Below, piece by piece: positions 25,201 through 38,049 of a stretch of 64,000 nucleotides of DNA; the stretch's first letter is position 1, and every line of letters starts with the position of its first letter. The position numbers were made by a program, and so were the translations under genes. Source of the DNA: Paraspadella gotoi (lineage: Eukaryota; Animalia; Chaetognatha); assembly GCA_051294375.1 (NCBI GenBank), contig CM119263.1:24285657-24349656 (forward strand). The letters run 5' to 3'. Under the pieces are notes generated by a model. That model worked only from the letters and a program-made list of their open reading frames with translations. It did not search any database and had not been told where the DNA came from.

Positions 25201-26542
25201 CTGTAACCTTTCATTCAAGACTCTCTCACAGTCTCGTTTATTCATTCCAAAGTACCTGGCTTCCCTATTAATAAGAATTTTATTTCATATCAATAATGAT
25301 AATAATAAAATGGTAAAATGTTTCTAAGAATGTTTCAATGGTATTGTAATAATATAATTTTCTTGCACCAATTGATATATTTTTTTAAAATATTTTTTTA
25401 AAATTAAAAAAGAAATAGTTGTTTTACCAATTTGATAATGAAAATGAAAAAAAAATCCAATTTGTAAAATTTTGATAGCCATGTTAATATTATTAGATTA
25501 ACTTTTTTAAATATTTTTTATTATACAGAACTATCAAAACAAATTAAAACATTTTATTAATTGTTTTTTAAAAAAATAGTTATTATTAAAATGTTTATGC
25601 TCTCTTTTGCCTTATATTCAACCTTACGATGACGCATTAATCTCATTTGCATATTCGAGTCACTCGATTTTTATTACTAACCTTTTGAGCTTACTTGACC
25701 TACCGGTTCTGATCATATTTTGAAAGTTTTTTGAAAATCTGAATCTAGATTCAGGCACTATCCTAATTCAATTTTTTTTAAATAAAAACGCAGAGAGAGA
25801 GAGAGAGAGAAAGAGAGAGCGAGAAAGAGAAGCCAAATCGTTTTCAGACGAATCAGCAGAAGCAGCAGGAAAAAACTTTTTCATTATAAAATAAACTGGT
25901 AAGCAGAAGCAGCCTCTGAAGAAAAAAAAAGAGAGGAAAAAAAAAAGAGAGAGAGAGAGAGAGGAAGAGAGAGGGAGAGAGAGAGAGAGAGGAAGAGAGA
26001 GAGAGAGGAAGAGAGGAAGAGAGAGAGAGAGAAAGAAGCCAAATCGTTTTCGGACGAATCAGCAGCGACAGCAGCAGAGGCAGCCAGAAAAAAATAAAGT
26101 AATCAAAAGGCAGCAGCAGAAGCAGCAAGAGAAAAGAGAGAAAAAGAAAAAGCCCCTGCAGAGCCAGCTGCAGACTCGTTTTTTCTCTCGATAAATCAGC
26201 CTGGGAAAAAGAGAGAGAGAGAGAGAGCTACATATAATTAAAAGAGAAAAGAGAGAGAGAAGGAGACATACCTAATCCGATCCAGGAAGAAAGTTCATCA
26301 ACACTTCCCAAAGCTTCAAAAACATTATCGTCCTTTTTTCTTCGTTCCCCAGTGAAGAGACTAGAGTTTCCACCGTCGCCAGTTTTGGTGTAAACTTTCA
26401 TAGATCGAACGTGACTTCGATCGACCGAATAGAATCCAGAATTCAAGTAAATTCCAATAGAAGCTAATGTAGATCGAGGAGACGAGGCAACAGGAAAGCG
26501 TTTAAGAAGTATTCGTGAAAATAAATGCTTAAGAAGAGACAT
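22296..26542 (-). CDS. MMAB: ATP:cob(I)alamin adenosyltransferase (about 3-kb repeat-filled first intron)
   Basis: Exon 1 [42 protein letters not shown]. Later exons [40 protein letters not shown] and [14 protein letters not shown]. Confidence 0.9.
24522..25330. repeat. Three tandem units of about 250-300 bp in the MMAB intron
   Basis: Unit start TATGAAATTGGTACAACCAATATAAAAATTATCC at 24522, 24771 and 25070. An inverted fragment lies at about 24210-24295 and a short copy at about 48109. Confidence 0.8.
25790..26265. repeat. GA/GCA-rich simple and low-complexity repeat
   Basis: (GA)n tracts and a duplicated AGAAGCCAAATCGTTTTC.GACGAATCAGCAG. Confidence 0.8.
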
Positions 26543-26776
26543 CTGAATGAGATTGTAACAAGAAAAACAACAACAGTGATTAAAATTGAAATATTTTTAT
26601 ATAAAGATTAAAGTATTTTTTATCACGGAAAGAAATTGATATTCGTTTTTACTCGTATGTCGCCAATACGAACAATCAATGAAATAAACTGATGACTCAA
26701 CTCATGAGGTCGCGGAGTCACCACAAAACTGAAAGAAAAATCAAAATGCTAGTCAATATAAGGTGTAATATGAATA

Positions 26777-28059
26777 CTACATCCAAACATTGAAATGTGT
26801 TCTTTGAGCCGAAGGATTTTTCCGGTGTGCAAGTTGAGTTCTAATTTGCCATCTGAGTTTTTGGCGCCTCTTCTCTGTCGGTGGCACAAACGTATTAGGC
26901 TCGTAACATCGCTGAATAGGGTGAATCTGGAAGGCAACGCAATTTTAAATGACTAATTAAATGACTGTATAAAGTATTGAATAACAATAAATATAATTTA
27001 TTTTCGCCAAAACGCACACGATCGTGACGTTGCATTTGTTCACGTATTGCCCAGCGAAGATCCTTGTGTTGCTTTTCCCCAGCGGCGGGAAAAGCCGACC
27101 ACGCTTCTCTATACTGGTGGTATCTGAACAGATAACAATGAACATTGAACAATGCAAAACGTTTGTGGTACAACGCAACGTTTTATTATTTACATCAAAA
27201 TATTTTGAACATATTGCGGCTGTCAGAGATGAAACTCGCAAAATTAATGACTTACAATATGAGTTTAAAGATCGTGATAAAAAAAATATCATTTCTGAAA
27301 ACGTAATTAGTACTTACCTATTAACTGGGTCGTGCCGTTTTCTGGGCGGCTCCGGAATTTTTCGAATGAAGGATGGAAGGTGTCCCTCAGGGTCCCTTAT
27401 GGGCAGATCGGACATCGCCGATCCGATCCGCATGGGGAGGAATACCTTGTCAGAGGGAATCTCGTTCACGTCCAGCTCCGTTCGATTTTCGTCGTCTTCG
27501 TCGTCGGGATCCTCAATATAAGTCAATTCCTCCGTCGAGATGTCTCTGTTTCCTCGACTGTCACGACGCAAAATTTTGCGACGAATAACGGAACCAGAAG
27601 AGATAGAGTCGTCGGACGATCGCCGGGTTGTTTGGTCTCGACGATCCGGCGGAGATTCGGGCAGCCCGCGAGACGTCATCTGGGAATCGTCGATCGACGC
27701 GGAGGAGTAGACCGATTCGTTGAAAGAGTCGCATTTTGAAACGACCGTCTTCTCGAAGGCTCGCGCTTTCGAAGATCCCCAGTGAAAGGATGTGTGGGAG
27801 GGATAGCGCAAGAGACCGTCGCCTGGGCGAACAGTCAAGACCGTAATCATAGCATATTCATTCATATCCGATTCTCTCTAAAAGATTTCTTACTTGTATC
27901 GCCGCCTCCTGAACTCACGAAGCTGGACTCGTTGCATCTCTTCTCCTCCCCCGTCAACTCTTTCAGATCAGCCATAAATTCCTTCAATTTCTCGGGCGGA
28001 ACTGCATCATAGCCCAAAAGGCGCAGTTCTTCTATGACTTCCGCCTCCGTGAAATCCAT
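26777..28059 (-). CDS. HYLS1: Centriolar/ciliogenesis protein HYLS1
   Basis: HYLS-box DPVNRYHQYREAW...GEKQHKDLRWAIREQM and C-terminal PNTFVPPTEKRRQKLRWQIR. Confidence 0.8.
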
Positions 28060-28389
28060 GACAAGTTATTTCAAGTTTTAATAATTTTTTTTTAACGATT
28101 ATCATAAAAAGAATCGGAAAAAAAATATTCAACTACAAAAAAACATTACTTTACGTTATAAAAAACGTAGAAAAATTACACAAAAACATTATCTAAAAGA
28201 TAATCTAAAAAGGTAGACAAGGTTTCAGATTTTTTTTAAATCAACGGGTCGTTTGCAAAATAGTCATTAAAAATGGATACACGATTGTTTGGCGAAAGAG
28301 AGAAAAAGAGAGCAAAAATAATATGACAATGAGTGATTTCTTAATCAAGCAGGTAAGTTCTACAATCTACATTTAATCTTCACTGTCTA

Positions 28390-30941
28390 CTAGTCCTGTG
28401 AGATCATTAAAATCTTTGCAATGGACGCCTTGCTCGACTTTCTCAAGATCATTTTGCGGCATCTACGGTCGACGTAGATGATGTAAAGCGCTAAGAGAAC
28501 TACAAAGCAAACTCCGTAAGCACCAAAGCAGATGCTGACGTCCCAGTCGGTGAATCCTAATACGCCGCCGAACGGCGACGAAGTCGGATTTCGACGCCGC
28601 GTTTGACGCTCGATCGCGCGAAGACGCTGGAACGAACAGCCGGAGTTGAGAAAAAATAATGACAAAAAGATATAAGCACGCTGTGTGGTATACCTCTACG
28701 TCAAGATGACTACCCAGCACCGCGGTCCGAAGCTTTTTCTCGCGGGTCCGTCTTTTTATCTCGGCAATACCACCGGGTCGAAGAACTGGTTTAATTATTT
28801 CTCCCTCGATGCTATTAATTCCCTGGCGTCTTCGGTGCGATTTTGCGTTTCTAGGGCCTGTACGCTCAGTCGGAAATGCGAGCTCGTCCGCCGAAAAAAC
28901 GGAAATGTTACTGTAATAATTTTTTAAAAAAGTTTTGGCGTTCAAGTAGTGCCATGCGTCGCGGTTGCCTTCGATGCGACAAGATGGACAGGTGTCGAAA
29001 TCCGGAAATTGGATTTTAGGCGCAAGCGGATCTTCACTTTCGTCTCCTACAAAGAAAACAAGGCATTGCGCCGCAATAAATTACTGCTTATGAGATCGTA
29101 TTACGAGTAATATAATTTATAATTTCAAATCATAATTTAATTTGACCTTATTTAACAAGTATCGACTCATGACTACAATAATAATTTTACTGTTTTGGAT
29201 TCATTTAAAGTAATTGCATTAAATTTTTTTTCAAATAATCCGACCTGCAAGTCGGGCGTTGACTTTGTTGTGAGCTTTCCAAAGCCATAGAATGACGTCG
29301 TCGTAAGATTGCACGCTGTCGTCAAGATCTTCTTTTATCATCTCCTCGAAGTGAGACGCACATTCTCTGCAATGATATACATTATAGTATATATAGTTTA
29401 GTTAAAAGATATGCCAATGAAAGTAGAAAGCTTTGACAAGTCGCTCACCTACAACTGAAAAAGCTTTGGATGTAGCCAGCCATAACATCCAGCACCTCCC
29501 TCCCCTCCGCTTTTTCTTCGTCGACCCGAGCGTTGGCGTCGGCGGCGAGAACGCTAAGAACGTGAAACAATGTCCAAGTTGCACAAGGATAACCGCGAAG
29601 CGTCTCGCGACTACCGCGGCACCCGACCCATTCCTCGACGAATAATGGGTCTTCGCGGGTCATTCGCGATCTTATGCGCTTGAGCCATTCACGGTTAGAC
29701 ACGGAGCGGGACCCCACAGAACGGAGCCACACGTTCAAGTTGTTTAAATAAGCCATGGTGTCCGTGTCACCGGGAAAATATTTGACAAGTAATGCCACGA
29801 ATTCTTTGGCGGACTTCAAGTCTTCGCCTTCTAATATGTTCAGCATTCCAATCTCCTGCCGAAGAGCGTATCTGATCATCTTTAACAAATCAGACATGAA
29901 AACGCCCTTTGGAACTGGAGGTGCCGGCGAAGTAACAAAAGATTTGATCGGAAGTTGCGGTACGTGAGTCAAGCCGACCTGAGACCACGGCAACAACTCT
30001 TTCAAACGGGCCTGAAGCGCAGAGGAATCTGCCGTGTCGACGTTAAGAGGTACGACGAGAACCTTTTTATTCGACGACCAAAACGATTTGGCGGGATTAG
30101 GCAATAGCAAATGGGCGGAAGGCACTTTACCAGAATTAAATTCGAGCAGAAACCTAGGATTTTCTTTTTGGAAAACGTCCACGTCGACGCCCAACGTCCG
30201 TATCTTTGGGTCGCTGGAAATATCGAGCGTCGTCCGCTTGGCCGAGTACGAAGACGCGGAGTGGAAGACGAGAACGACGGCGCCGATCCCTTCCTCGCTG
30301 AAAACATTGTTGATCGAGTCTAGTGTCACATCCTTCTCTAATTCGCGGAAAACCGGCCATGCGCTAGGCCGTTGCGAACCGAGATGCATTTCCACAAACT
30401 CAAGCATCTTTCTCTCGTAGAGTTCGACGATTCGCTCGGGGTCCGCGTCACTCACTTTGACTTCGAGACCCTTTTGACCCGGAAGCGACATGGCGGGAAA
30501 AAGCTTCACCGTCGGGAATCCTCGAATTTCGAACGAGGTGCAAACGGGAAAGTTTTCCTCCGAGGCGCAGTTAATCGCGGCGACTCTAATCACGTTCGAC
30601 CACTGAGCGTTAGAAGCATAATAGGCGTTGAAATCGTCATTCAAAAATGAAAAAAAAAGAACCCAAGGTACCTGAAACGTCTGTGACGCCAGTCTCCTCC
30701 ACAGGGGCGCGAAATGGACGCAGTGTCCGCACCAACTTGAGTAAAACTCCACGATGAATGCTGTGTCTTTTTGGTATAAAGTCGAGTTGATGTTGAAATA
30801 CTCTAATTGCGTGAGGGTGTCGTTTCCGTTGTAAAGAGACACCGCTTTTCGATGATGCGGAGCGGCCCATACTTTTCGAAGGGCAGAAAAGACCACGACG
30901 GCAAGAAAACATTTGACAAGAATCCGGATCATTTTTTTCAT
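28390..30941 (-). CDS. QSOX: Quiescin sulfhydryl oxidase, paralog A
   Basis: Thioredoxin motif [14 protein letters not shown]...[31 protein letters not shown] and a C-terminal TM helix. Confidence 0.9.
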
Positions 30942-31092
30942 TATTACTTCTTTATCCTAATAAGGTTACGAATTTCTCTTCAGAATCATTTCTTATTTCC
31001 GTCCCTACTTTCGGTTGAGAAAAAAGGCAAGAAAAGCAAAACAAAGATTTTTGAGTATTATCGAGTTCATAAAGACACGAAATAAGTAAAAT

Positions 31093-32898
31093 CTAAACGG
31101 ACGTGACTAGAATTACAACCATAACTATTTGAATAAATACGTTAGGAGTCGTGGAGAAGGAAAAATTGCGATAATTGCCGTCGATAAACCGGCCGTAATG
31201 AGATTTGAGAAAAGTGAGAACTTCATCCTCGAGCCATGACCCGTTCTTAGCGTAACAAGACGGACAGTCGATGTTGCTCGGAAATTGCATTTTTGGTGAG
31301 ACGGGGTCTTCGCTCAGGTCCCCTTTAATTCTTTCGTTGACTTTGTTGTGAGCTCGCCACAACCACAAAACCGCCTCGTCATAGGTTTTCACTTCTGAAG
31401 AACCTTTGTACATTTCAGAAAAATGTTCGGCACAATGCCGACAACCGAAAAAGTTGGAGATATACGAATACATGGCTTCTAAAACTTCACATTCATTTAT
31501 TTTGTCAGTCTCGCCTCTTGGCTGAAACAGATCGTTTTCGGAATCGTTCTGCGGTTTGAGGTGTTGGTGATGATGAATATTCCAAACGATTTTCCTCGGT
31601 TCTTTGATAAGTTTTATTCCTTTATTTCTCAAACTAGCAGAAACCGTCAAAACGTGAAAGGTTATCCAAACCGAGCAAGGATATCCACGATATTTAGGTT
31701 CACTGCCGCGACACACCCTCCACTCCCGTTCGGGCGGCAAAGATCCAATTTTTTCGTTCCAGGTTTCTATCTCGATGGCAGAATTCCTTTCCGCCTTCAG
31801 CCACGAATCCAGTCTGTTCAAAGTCGTCATCGATTCCTCGGAACCAGGGAAATAATCTAAGAGAACTTTGACGTAAGCTCGAACGGCTTCCAACTTTGTC
31901 CCGCTCAACGACTGGTGGGATCCTATCTCTTGATATAACGAAATACGAAGCATATTCTCTAGATCAACGTTGAAAGAGGACTTCCCAACAAACGCCGGAG
32001 ATCTGAGCTTCGTTGAAAGATCCGACGGAGCAATTTCAGGTTCGATATTCCGCACTGAAGATAGAGAAGCCACCTTTTCAATCCATTCGTACGAATCGAT
32101 AAATCCGAATTTAATCTCATCAATCGACAAATCGGAATCCACGAATCGAACCGAGGGAATTTCGTTGATCGCAAAATTGCCAATAAACTCGGGGTTTTGT
32201 TTGCTCACGTCGACCGATAAAACCCGAACGTTCTTGGCGTCTGACAGGTCTAACGCTACAGATTTCGACGCCGTAGTACTGGAGTTTTCAAAAACCAAAG
32301 CCAAAGAAGAAGTCGTTTCCTCGAACTCTTGCTTGAGTTCAGGGACGTTGGAGTAAGTTAAGTTAAGTCGATGGAAATTTGGCCAAGATTCCGGCCTGTT
32401 AGCTCCCGTATGCATCGTGACGAACGAAATCATTTCGCGTAGGATAAATTCAATCCCTTGTTGTTTGTAGATGACCTCCAGCCCTTTGTGGTTCTTGGTG
32501 GCTCGGGCAGGGAAGAGTCTCATTGATGGGTAGGAAGTGACGCCGAAGTCTCGACAGGACTCAGTATTTCTCTTATCGGCGCAATCGAGAGCGGCAACGA
32601 CGATGACGGGGCGCCAGAACCTCGTCCGCGCCGCCAACTTCTTCCATTTGGGAGCAAAGTTGATGCAATGTCCGCACCAGGACGAATAGAACTCGACGAA
32701 AAAAGCGCGGTCGCGTCCAAAGATCGTCCCCTGAAGAGTCGCTTGATCTAGTATGACGACGAAATCGTCGTCATCATAGAGCGGACCGGATTTAGGACGA
32801 TAGAATCGACGAAGAATGTTTTGGGTGGGAGAGACGACGAGGAAGTAGAGGAAGAAAACGACGAAAAACTGGCAGGCGCGTCGAAATATTAATTTCAT
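31093..32898 (-). CDS. QSOX: Quiescin sulfhydryl oxidase, paralog B (single ORF)
   Basis: [49 protein letters not shown] and FPSNIDCPSC. Confidence 0.9.
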   Translation of the reverse strand: MKLIFRRACQFFVVFFLYFLVVSPTQNILRRFYRPKSGPLYDDDDFVVILDQATLQGTIFGRDRAFFVEFYSSWCGHCINFAPKWKKLAARTRFWRPVIVVAALDCADKRNTESCRDFGVTSYPSMRLFPARATKNHKGLEVIYKQQGIEFILREMISFVTMHTGANRPESWPNFHRLNLTYSNVPELKQEFEETTSSLALVFENSSTTASKSVALDLSDAKNVRVLSVDVSKQNPEFIGNFAINEIPSVRFVDSDLSIDEIKFGFIDSYEWIEKVASLSSVRNIEPEIAPSDLSTKLRSPAFVGKSSFNVDLENMLRISLYQEIGSHQSLSGTKLEAVRAYVKVLLDYFPGSEESMTTLNRLDSWLKAERNSAIEIETWNEKIGSLPPEREWRVCRGSEPKYRGYPCSVWITFHVLTVSASLRNKGIKLIKEPRKIVWNIHHHQHLKPQNDSENDLFQPRGETDKINECEVLEAMYSYISNFFGCRHCAEHFSEMYKGSSEVKTYDEAVLWLWRAHNKVNERIKGDLSEDPVSPKMQFPSNIDCPSCYAKNGSWLEDEVLTFLKSHYGRFIDGNYRNFSFSTTPNVFIQIVMVVILVTSV

Positions 32899-33506
32899 CC
32901 TCGACCCTAATTTTTTATTCTCGAATTTCGGCTGTCAATGTCATAAGGAAGGATGCGATAGTAATTTACATCGGAAATTTTTTTCGCAGTTTATTCGAAC
33001 TGACACGAACGAAAAAGACCGAGTATCTTGTATGATCGAGACTTGTGAGTTTCCCTAATTTACTTTCATCACATTTTCAAGTTTTTGTTTTAAAAGTAAA
33101 AAAATAAGTGTCGAATAATTTCGAAGAGAAGGATGGACATTAAACAAAGTTCTGGAAAGAAAATCATTCATATTGTGACAAACTCATTTACGTTTAAGGA
33201 CCTAAACGATATATTTAATTTAATTAGCAGATAGTTTTTTTAAGATATTTTTCAAACTGGCAAAACTGAGAATTTACAAGCTGAAAAAAAAAAAGGACTA
33301 GTTTATCACATGTATAAATAAATGAATCAGGCAATTTGACATTGTAATCTGTAACACATTTTTTTTTATTTAGCGAAGAACGTTAAGTAAAACCGTGAAA
33401 AATCTTAACGCCGTATGAGCCTTCGAAAAGAGAAGTCTTTGAAAAATCTTCGCTTTCGAGGATAAAAATCACGAATTTGATTACTTTTACACTAAGTCGA
33501 AATGGT

Positions 33507-34476
33507 CTAACTTCTAAGCGCATAGAGGATAAGCAAGATGACGCAAACGGCGATGATCGAGGCCAAGATAATCGAATCGCGTCTTTTCCGCAAGTTTATC
33601 CTCTGGACTAGAGAGTTGATGACAGGAAACTTTTGGATGGTCGCCGAGAGTCTTTGCGATATGGAATGAAAAAGGGTGCGCTGTTGATTGAGATGATCCT
33701 TGGTGGCGATGGCGATGGAGATTTGGTCGTCGATCATTTTTTCGCTGTTGCGCAAATGATCATGTTCCTTCATAAACATCTCGGTTCGACGGTTTAAACC
33801 AGAAGAACCTGAAAAAAACAATTTTTATTTCACACCATAAAAAGAATCAATAAAATATTTTATACCCTGCTTGTTAAAGGCGTCGATATCCCTCTTAACA
33901 GACCCCAGTAATTCTTCTCTCTCTCTCAACGCCACTATGTTAGTCTTCGTCTTCTGAAACTCGTGCGAATAGTCTTGAAGAATGTCCCTGTGCCGTTGGA
34001 GTATGTGCAACATGCTAGCTCCTGCCGAAATGAATGAGAATCGAGTAGTTAACCCCGTGAAATTTGAATTTCTCACAGTTTTCTCCAACCGGCGTTTTTT
34101 GTGGCGGCGCCGTTCTCGAAGGCGCGGTTGTCCATGAATCGCGACATGGCGTCGTTTATATTCGTCAGGCGACCAAGTAAATCTTCCATTTCGCGCGTGC
34201 GAGTCTCGAATATTTCGTCGCTTCCAGCACTTTAATGAAGAAAAATTGGTGGAAAACATACATCTCCAGGAACAAATATTCTATATTCTATATGCACCTG
34301 CCATCGAGCAGCGGCTCTTTGTCTGGTGAACTATAAGCTCTCCGGTGATTTTGTCTAAACGAGGTGCCAACTTTGCTCAAAGCGACGAGCTTTATGTCTA
34401 TCTCGTTTTCCAAAAGGCGCGCCTCTTTTCTCAGAGAGTCCCATGATTCTGTTTCCATCGTGAGAACCGTAGCCAT
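33507..34476 (-). CDS. GOSR1: Golgi SNAP receptor complex member 1
   Basis: WDSLRKEARLLENEIDIKLV, LQRHRDILQDYSHEF, INLRKRRDSIILA plus TM anchor. Confidence 0.92.
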
Positions 34477-34731
34477 GCCTTTAATTTACATGAAGTCAAA
34501 GTTTCATTTTTCCTCTTCCTGTTTTCTAATTTTTATACCACACAAAAATAATAAATTAACAAAATATATCAGGCATCTCCCGAGGAGTCACAAAACTTTT
34601 ACTTGTTCACAATCGTTATTAAAATATGACCAATGATTTAGCATGAATGAAATGAAAAACACAGCAAAACGGTCGTGACAGTCTAAATATACATCTAAAA
34701 AGCAAAACGTAACTGTCAATGTCAAAAATGT

Positions 34732-37700
34732 TCATTTCAAGGCGGATTTTTGCTTAATTAGCCCGGCGACAGAATCGATAAATTCACTCGTAGTTGCAGT
34801 TCCGAAAATATCCTTAGTCCGAATTCCTTTAGCTAATGTTTCCATGAAGCTGCTTTCGATAACATCTGCGTGGTAGCCCAAACCTAAAAATAAGTTATAT
34901 ATTTCGGTATTTTTCCTTTTCATAAAAAAATTTAAAAAAATGATCAAAAATTAAATGTACCCAAGTAGTTCAACAAAGACGTGCTTGCGTTTATCATAAA
35001 GACAGGGTTTGCTTCATTTTTTCCAACCAACGTCTTTCCTGTGTTTCTGGTCGCCTGCTCAAAAAGAGCATGTTTATCTCCTGTGAGAAAACATTTTAAT
35101 TTTGAATCATTGTTATATTCCTTTCTTTTCGTTGCGTTTTGGTATTAGGTAAAAAAAAAAAATCATTAAAATCGTTGTAAACACAAAAATCTGTTTTTTC
35201 CCCTAATTTTGAATCACAAACATAAAAATTTTAAAAGTATAGTGATCTCGCCAGACGTTACTATCAAGAAAATTAATAAAAAATAATAAAAAAAAATGAA
35301 TGATTGATGCGATAACAAATTATTAATGTAATAGTAATTTTTTTTTTCTGAAAAGAGAACAGAGCAAACAAATAATTGCGGGAATGGTTGCAAAAATATC
35401 TTATGACAACAATAAACGAGAACAAAAAAGGGGAAGATAAAAAGGAAAAAGAAGAAGAGATCGGGAGACAAAGTCTAGCAACTCCGTCCACATGAGACGG
35501 CAACTCAATCACGGGACTTCGGGAAGCGTTCTCGCGCTGAAGGCAGACAAAATCTCTCAAAAAAGTGCTTAGACGCTTAGTAACTGAATGATATAATAAT
35601 AATTGATTGATGTAATAATAATTGATTGATGCGATGATAACCAAATATTGATACGATGATAACCAAATATTAATACGATAATAACCAAATATTAATACGA
35701 TGATAACCAAATGATGGATGTGATAACCAAATGATGGATACGATGATAACCAAATAATTTATACAATGATAATTTAATAATAAATGTAATGATAATCATT
35801 CATTGATGCGATGATAATTATTTATTGACGCAATGATAGTTAATCATTGATGCGATGAGTGAGTGAGAAAGAAAAGCTGGACAAACGCTGCACAACCGCT
35901 ACAGAGCTTAACTCGTTTTTAAATGAATCAAAAGAAAGAGCAACAAAATAAAAAAAAAGTATGACATATAATTAAAAGAAAGAGAAAGAGTGGACAACCG
36001 CTGCAGAGCTGAACTCGTTTAAATATATAAAAATTGTTTTGTAAATAAAACAAACAAATGAATGTAGGAATATGAAACATAAGAATTTAAAAGACTTCAA
36101 TGATGAGAAGCCATATCTAAATTTTCAGCTTCTTATGGTTATACAATTAACGACAACAATGACGACTATAGTCAAAAGAAGCAGACGAATTAACATCTCG
36201 CCGAAGTCGAGCATTCGCCCGTCTGGCGAGATAAAAACAATATGAATTATAAAAGAAACTAACTCACCAATATTTATTCCAGCTGCTAGACCTGATCCGC
36301 CGGTAAGACCACAAACAATGCTACTGACGATATTACCGTACAAATTAGGGCACACCATCAGGTCAAACTGATGAGGTTTCGATACTAGTTGCATGCTTGT
36401 ATTATCCACAATCATTCCTAAATTTCGAAAGATTATTCAAACTAATATCTGAAATCATTGAAGTCGCTACGAACCTTCAAACTCTATGCTAGGATAATTC
36501 TTTGAAACTTCTCGGCAGCATTCTAAGAAAAGGCCATCTCCCATTTTCATGATGTTTGCTTTGTGAACAGCCGTTACCTAGTAGTGATTAGATTCATAGA
36601 CTTTTTTCTGTCATTTTTCTTTACTATTCCAAAGCTTACATATAGCAGTTTTGTTTCGTTCGTAGTATCTTATTGATTTAGCCGGCTAAATTTTACTTTC
36701 GCCGACCGCGGTTTTGGGGTCTTTTGAAAGATTATTTAAAAATAAATTAAAAAAAAAAATATGGTTAAATTAAAAATAACCCAAAAATATTAATTAATTA
36801 CCTTAAACCGATTTAACCCTAACCACCCCTAAACTTATACCACCATTAACCCTAACCCCTCCCTAACCCCGGTCGGTTAAAGTAAAAGTAACCCATTTAG
36901 CCAATAATTAAAAGATTATTTTAACAAAAACTTCAACCTTTTTCCGATTATTTAATTTGGCAAATTCAAAAGCGAATTCCGCGATCCGCATCGATTTTTT
37001 CCTCGTGATGACTTTGAGAGATTCGATGACCCCCGGGACGGTTTGATGTTCGAGACCCGCGTATTCCCCTTCAGTGTTCTCGCGAATGATTACGATATCC
37101 AACGGTTCCTAACCGTCGAAATTAGGCTAAAATTGCGTGACAAGGCCTATATGTATAATCGAAAGCCGGATGTCCCGAACCTTGTGCCTCGCTTTGAGGC
37201 CCGGCAACGACTTGCAATGAACAATGTCCGCGAAAAGATCTAACTCCGTTCTTAGAGAAACATTCTTTGACCTTTTTCCTTGAGGGAGATTAGTGTTGAA
37301 AAACATGTTGCCTTTGAGCCCGACGCCATTACGACGAATCGCCTTCACTGCCTGAGATGGAAGCATTGCTCGTGAAAATCCAGATTCGTCGAATTCACCA
37401 ATTTTAAAATACTCGAAAACTTACGACGTTGTAATCGTGCTCAGATTCAATGTTGACGGTTTCGAAATCGACGGGAACTCCGGCCAACTGAAAAAGGTAC
37501 TTGACATGCTCGGCCATTTCCGGACCGACTCCGGTACCGGGAATCAGCGTTACCGTGTACCTGCCGCCGTAGGTCACCGCGGCCTTGGTCTTTAAAGGGG
37601 GTAATTTGTGAAGACCAGTGGAAAGGTTTGCGACGGAATCTGTTCCACATGTCCAGCCGACGCTGCCTGCCGCCAAGCCATATTTGTTTTTCGAGGTGGA

Positions 37701-37751
37701 CAAAAAGGAGCGACCCGCCAAACGCAGGAATACGGAGAACGTGGAAGCCAT
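34732..37751 (-). CDS. IDH3G: NAD-dependent isocitrate dehydrogenase subunit gamma
   Basis: [44 protein letters not shown] and [18 protein letters not shown]. Confidence 0.85.
35225..36232. mobile_element. HINE/DINE-1-like repeat family A, near-complete copy
   Basis: Sub-terminal IR ATCTCGCCAGACG (35245) / CGTCTGGCGAGAT (36220-36232), terminal hairpin ATCTCGCC...GGCGAGAT, internal minisatellite, A/T-run flank. Confidence 0.7.
36690..36890. mobile_element. Small IR-bounded element with TAACCC-like repeats
   Basis: TTTTACTTTCGCCGACCG ... CGGTCGGTTAAAGTAAAA inverted ends around degenerate (TAACCC)n. Confidence 0.45.
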
Positions 37752-38049
37752 GAGTTAAATTTTGTCCAATAAATTATTCATAAAATTATGACTGAAAAAG
37801 AAAATAACTTTTTCATAGCTTCAGTGTCACAAAAATGACGTAAACGAACATTCATAACGCTCTTGATTGTTAATATTATCGAATATTTTCAATCGTTAGG
37901 ACCAGATCTCATAGTCCTTTTACTAAAATATTTTTTCTACCCCATGGCGGTGGTTCGATGGTCATAGTTTAACTTTAAGAGAGCCAAAGGTAGTAAAAAC
38001 GTATTTTTTGTTTGTTCGTTCGTTATGTTTACTAAAACTAAAAAAATCC

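Noticed and set aside
27862-27895. Apparent frameshift or stop in HYLS1
   Set aside because: Resolved by an ordinary ~70-nt GT-AG intron that restores the frame (DT|SDGLLRY).
36810-36875. Interstitial telomere
   Set aside because: Only a few degenerate TAACCC units, enclosed by inverted repeats, so more likely part of a small transposon.
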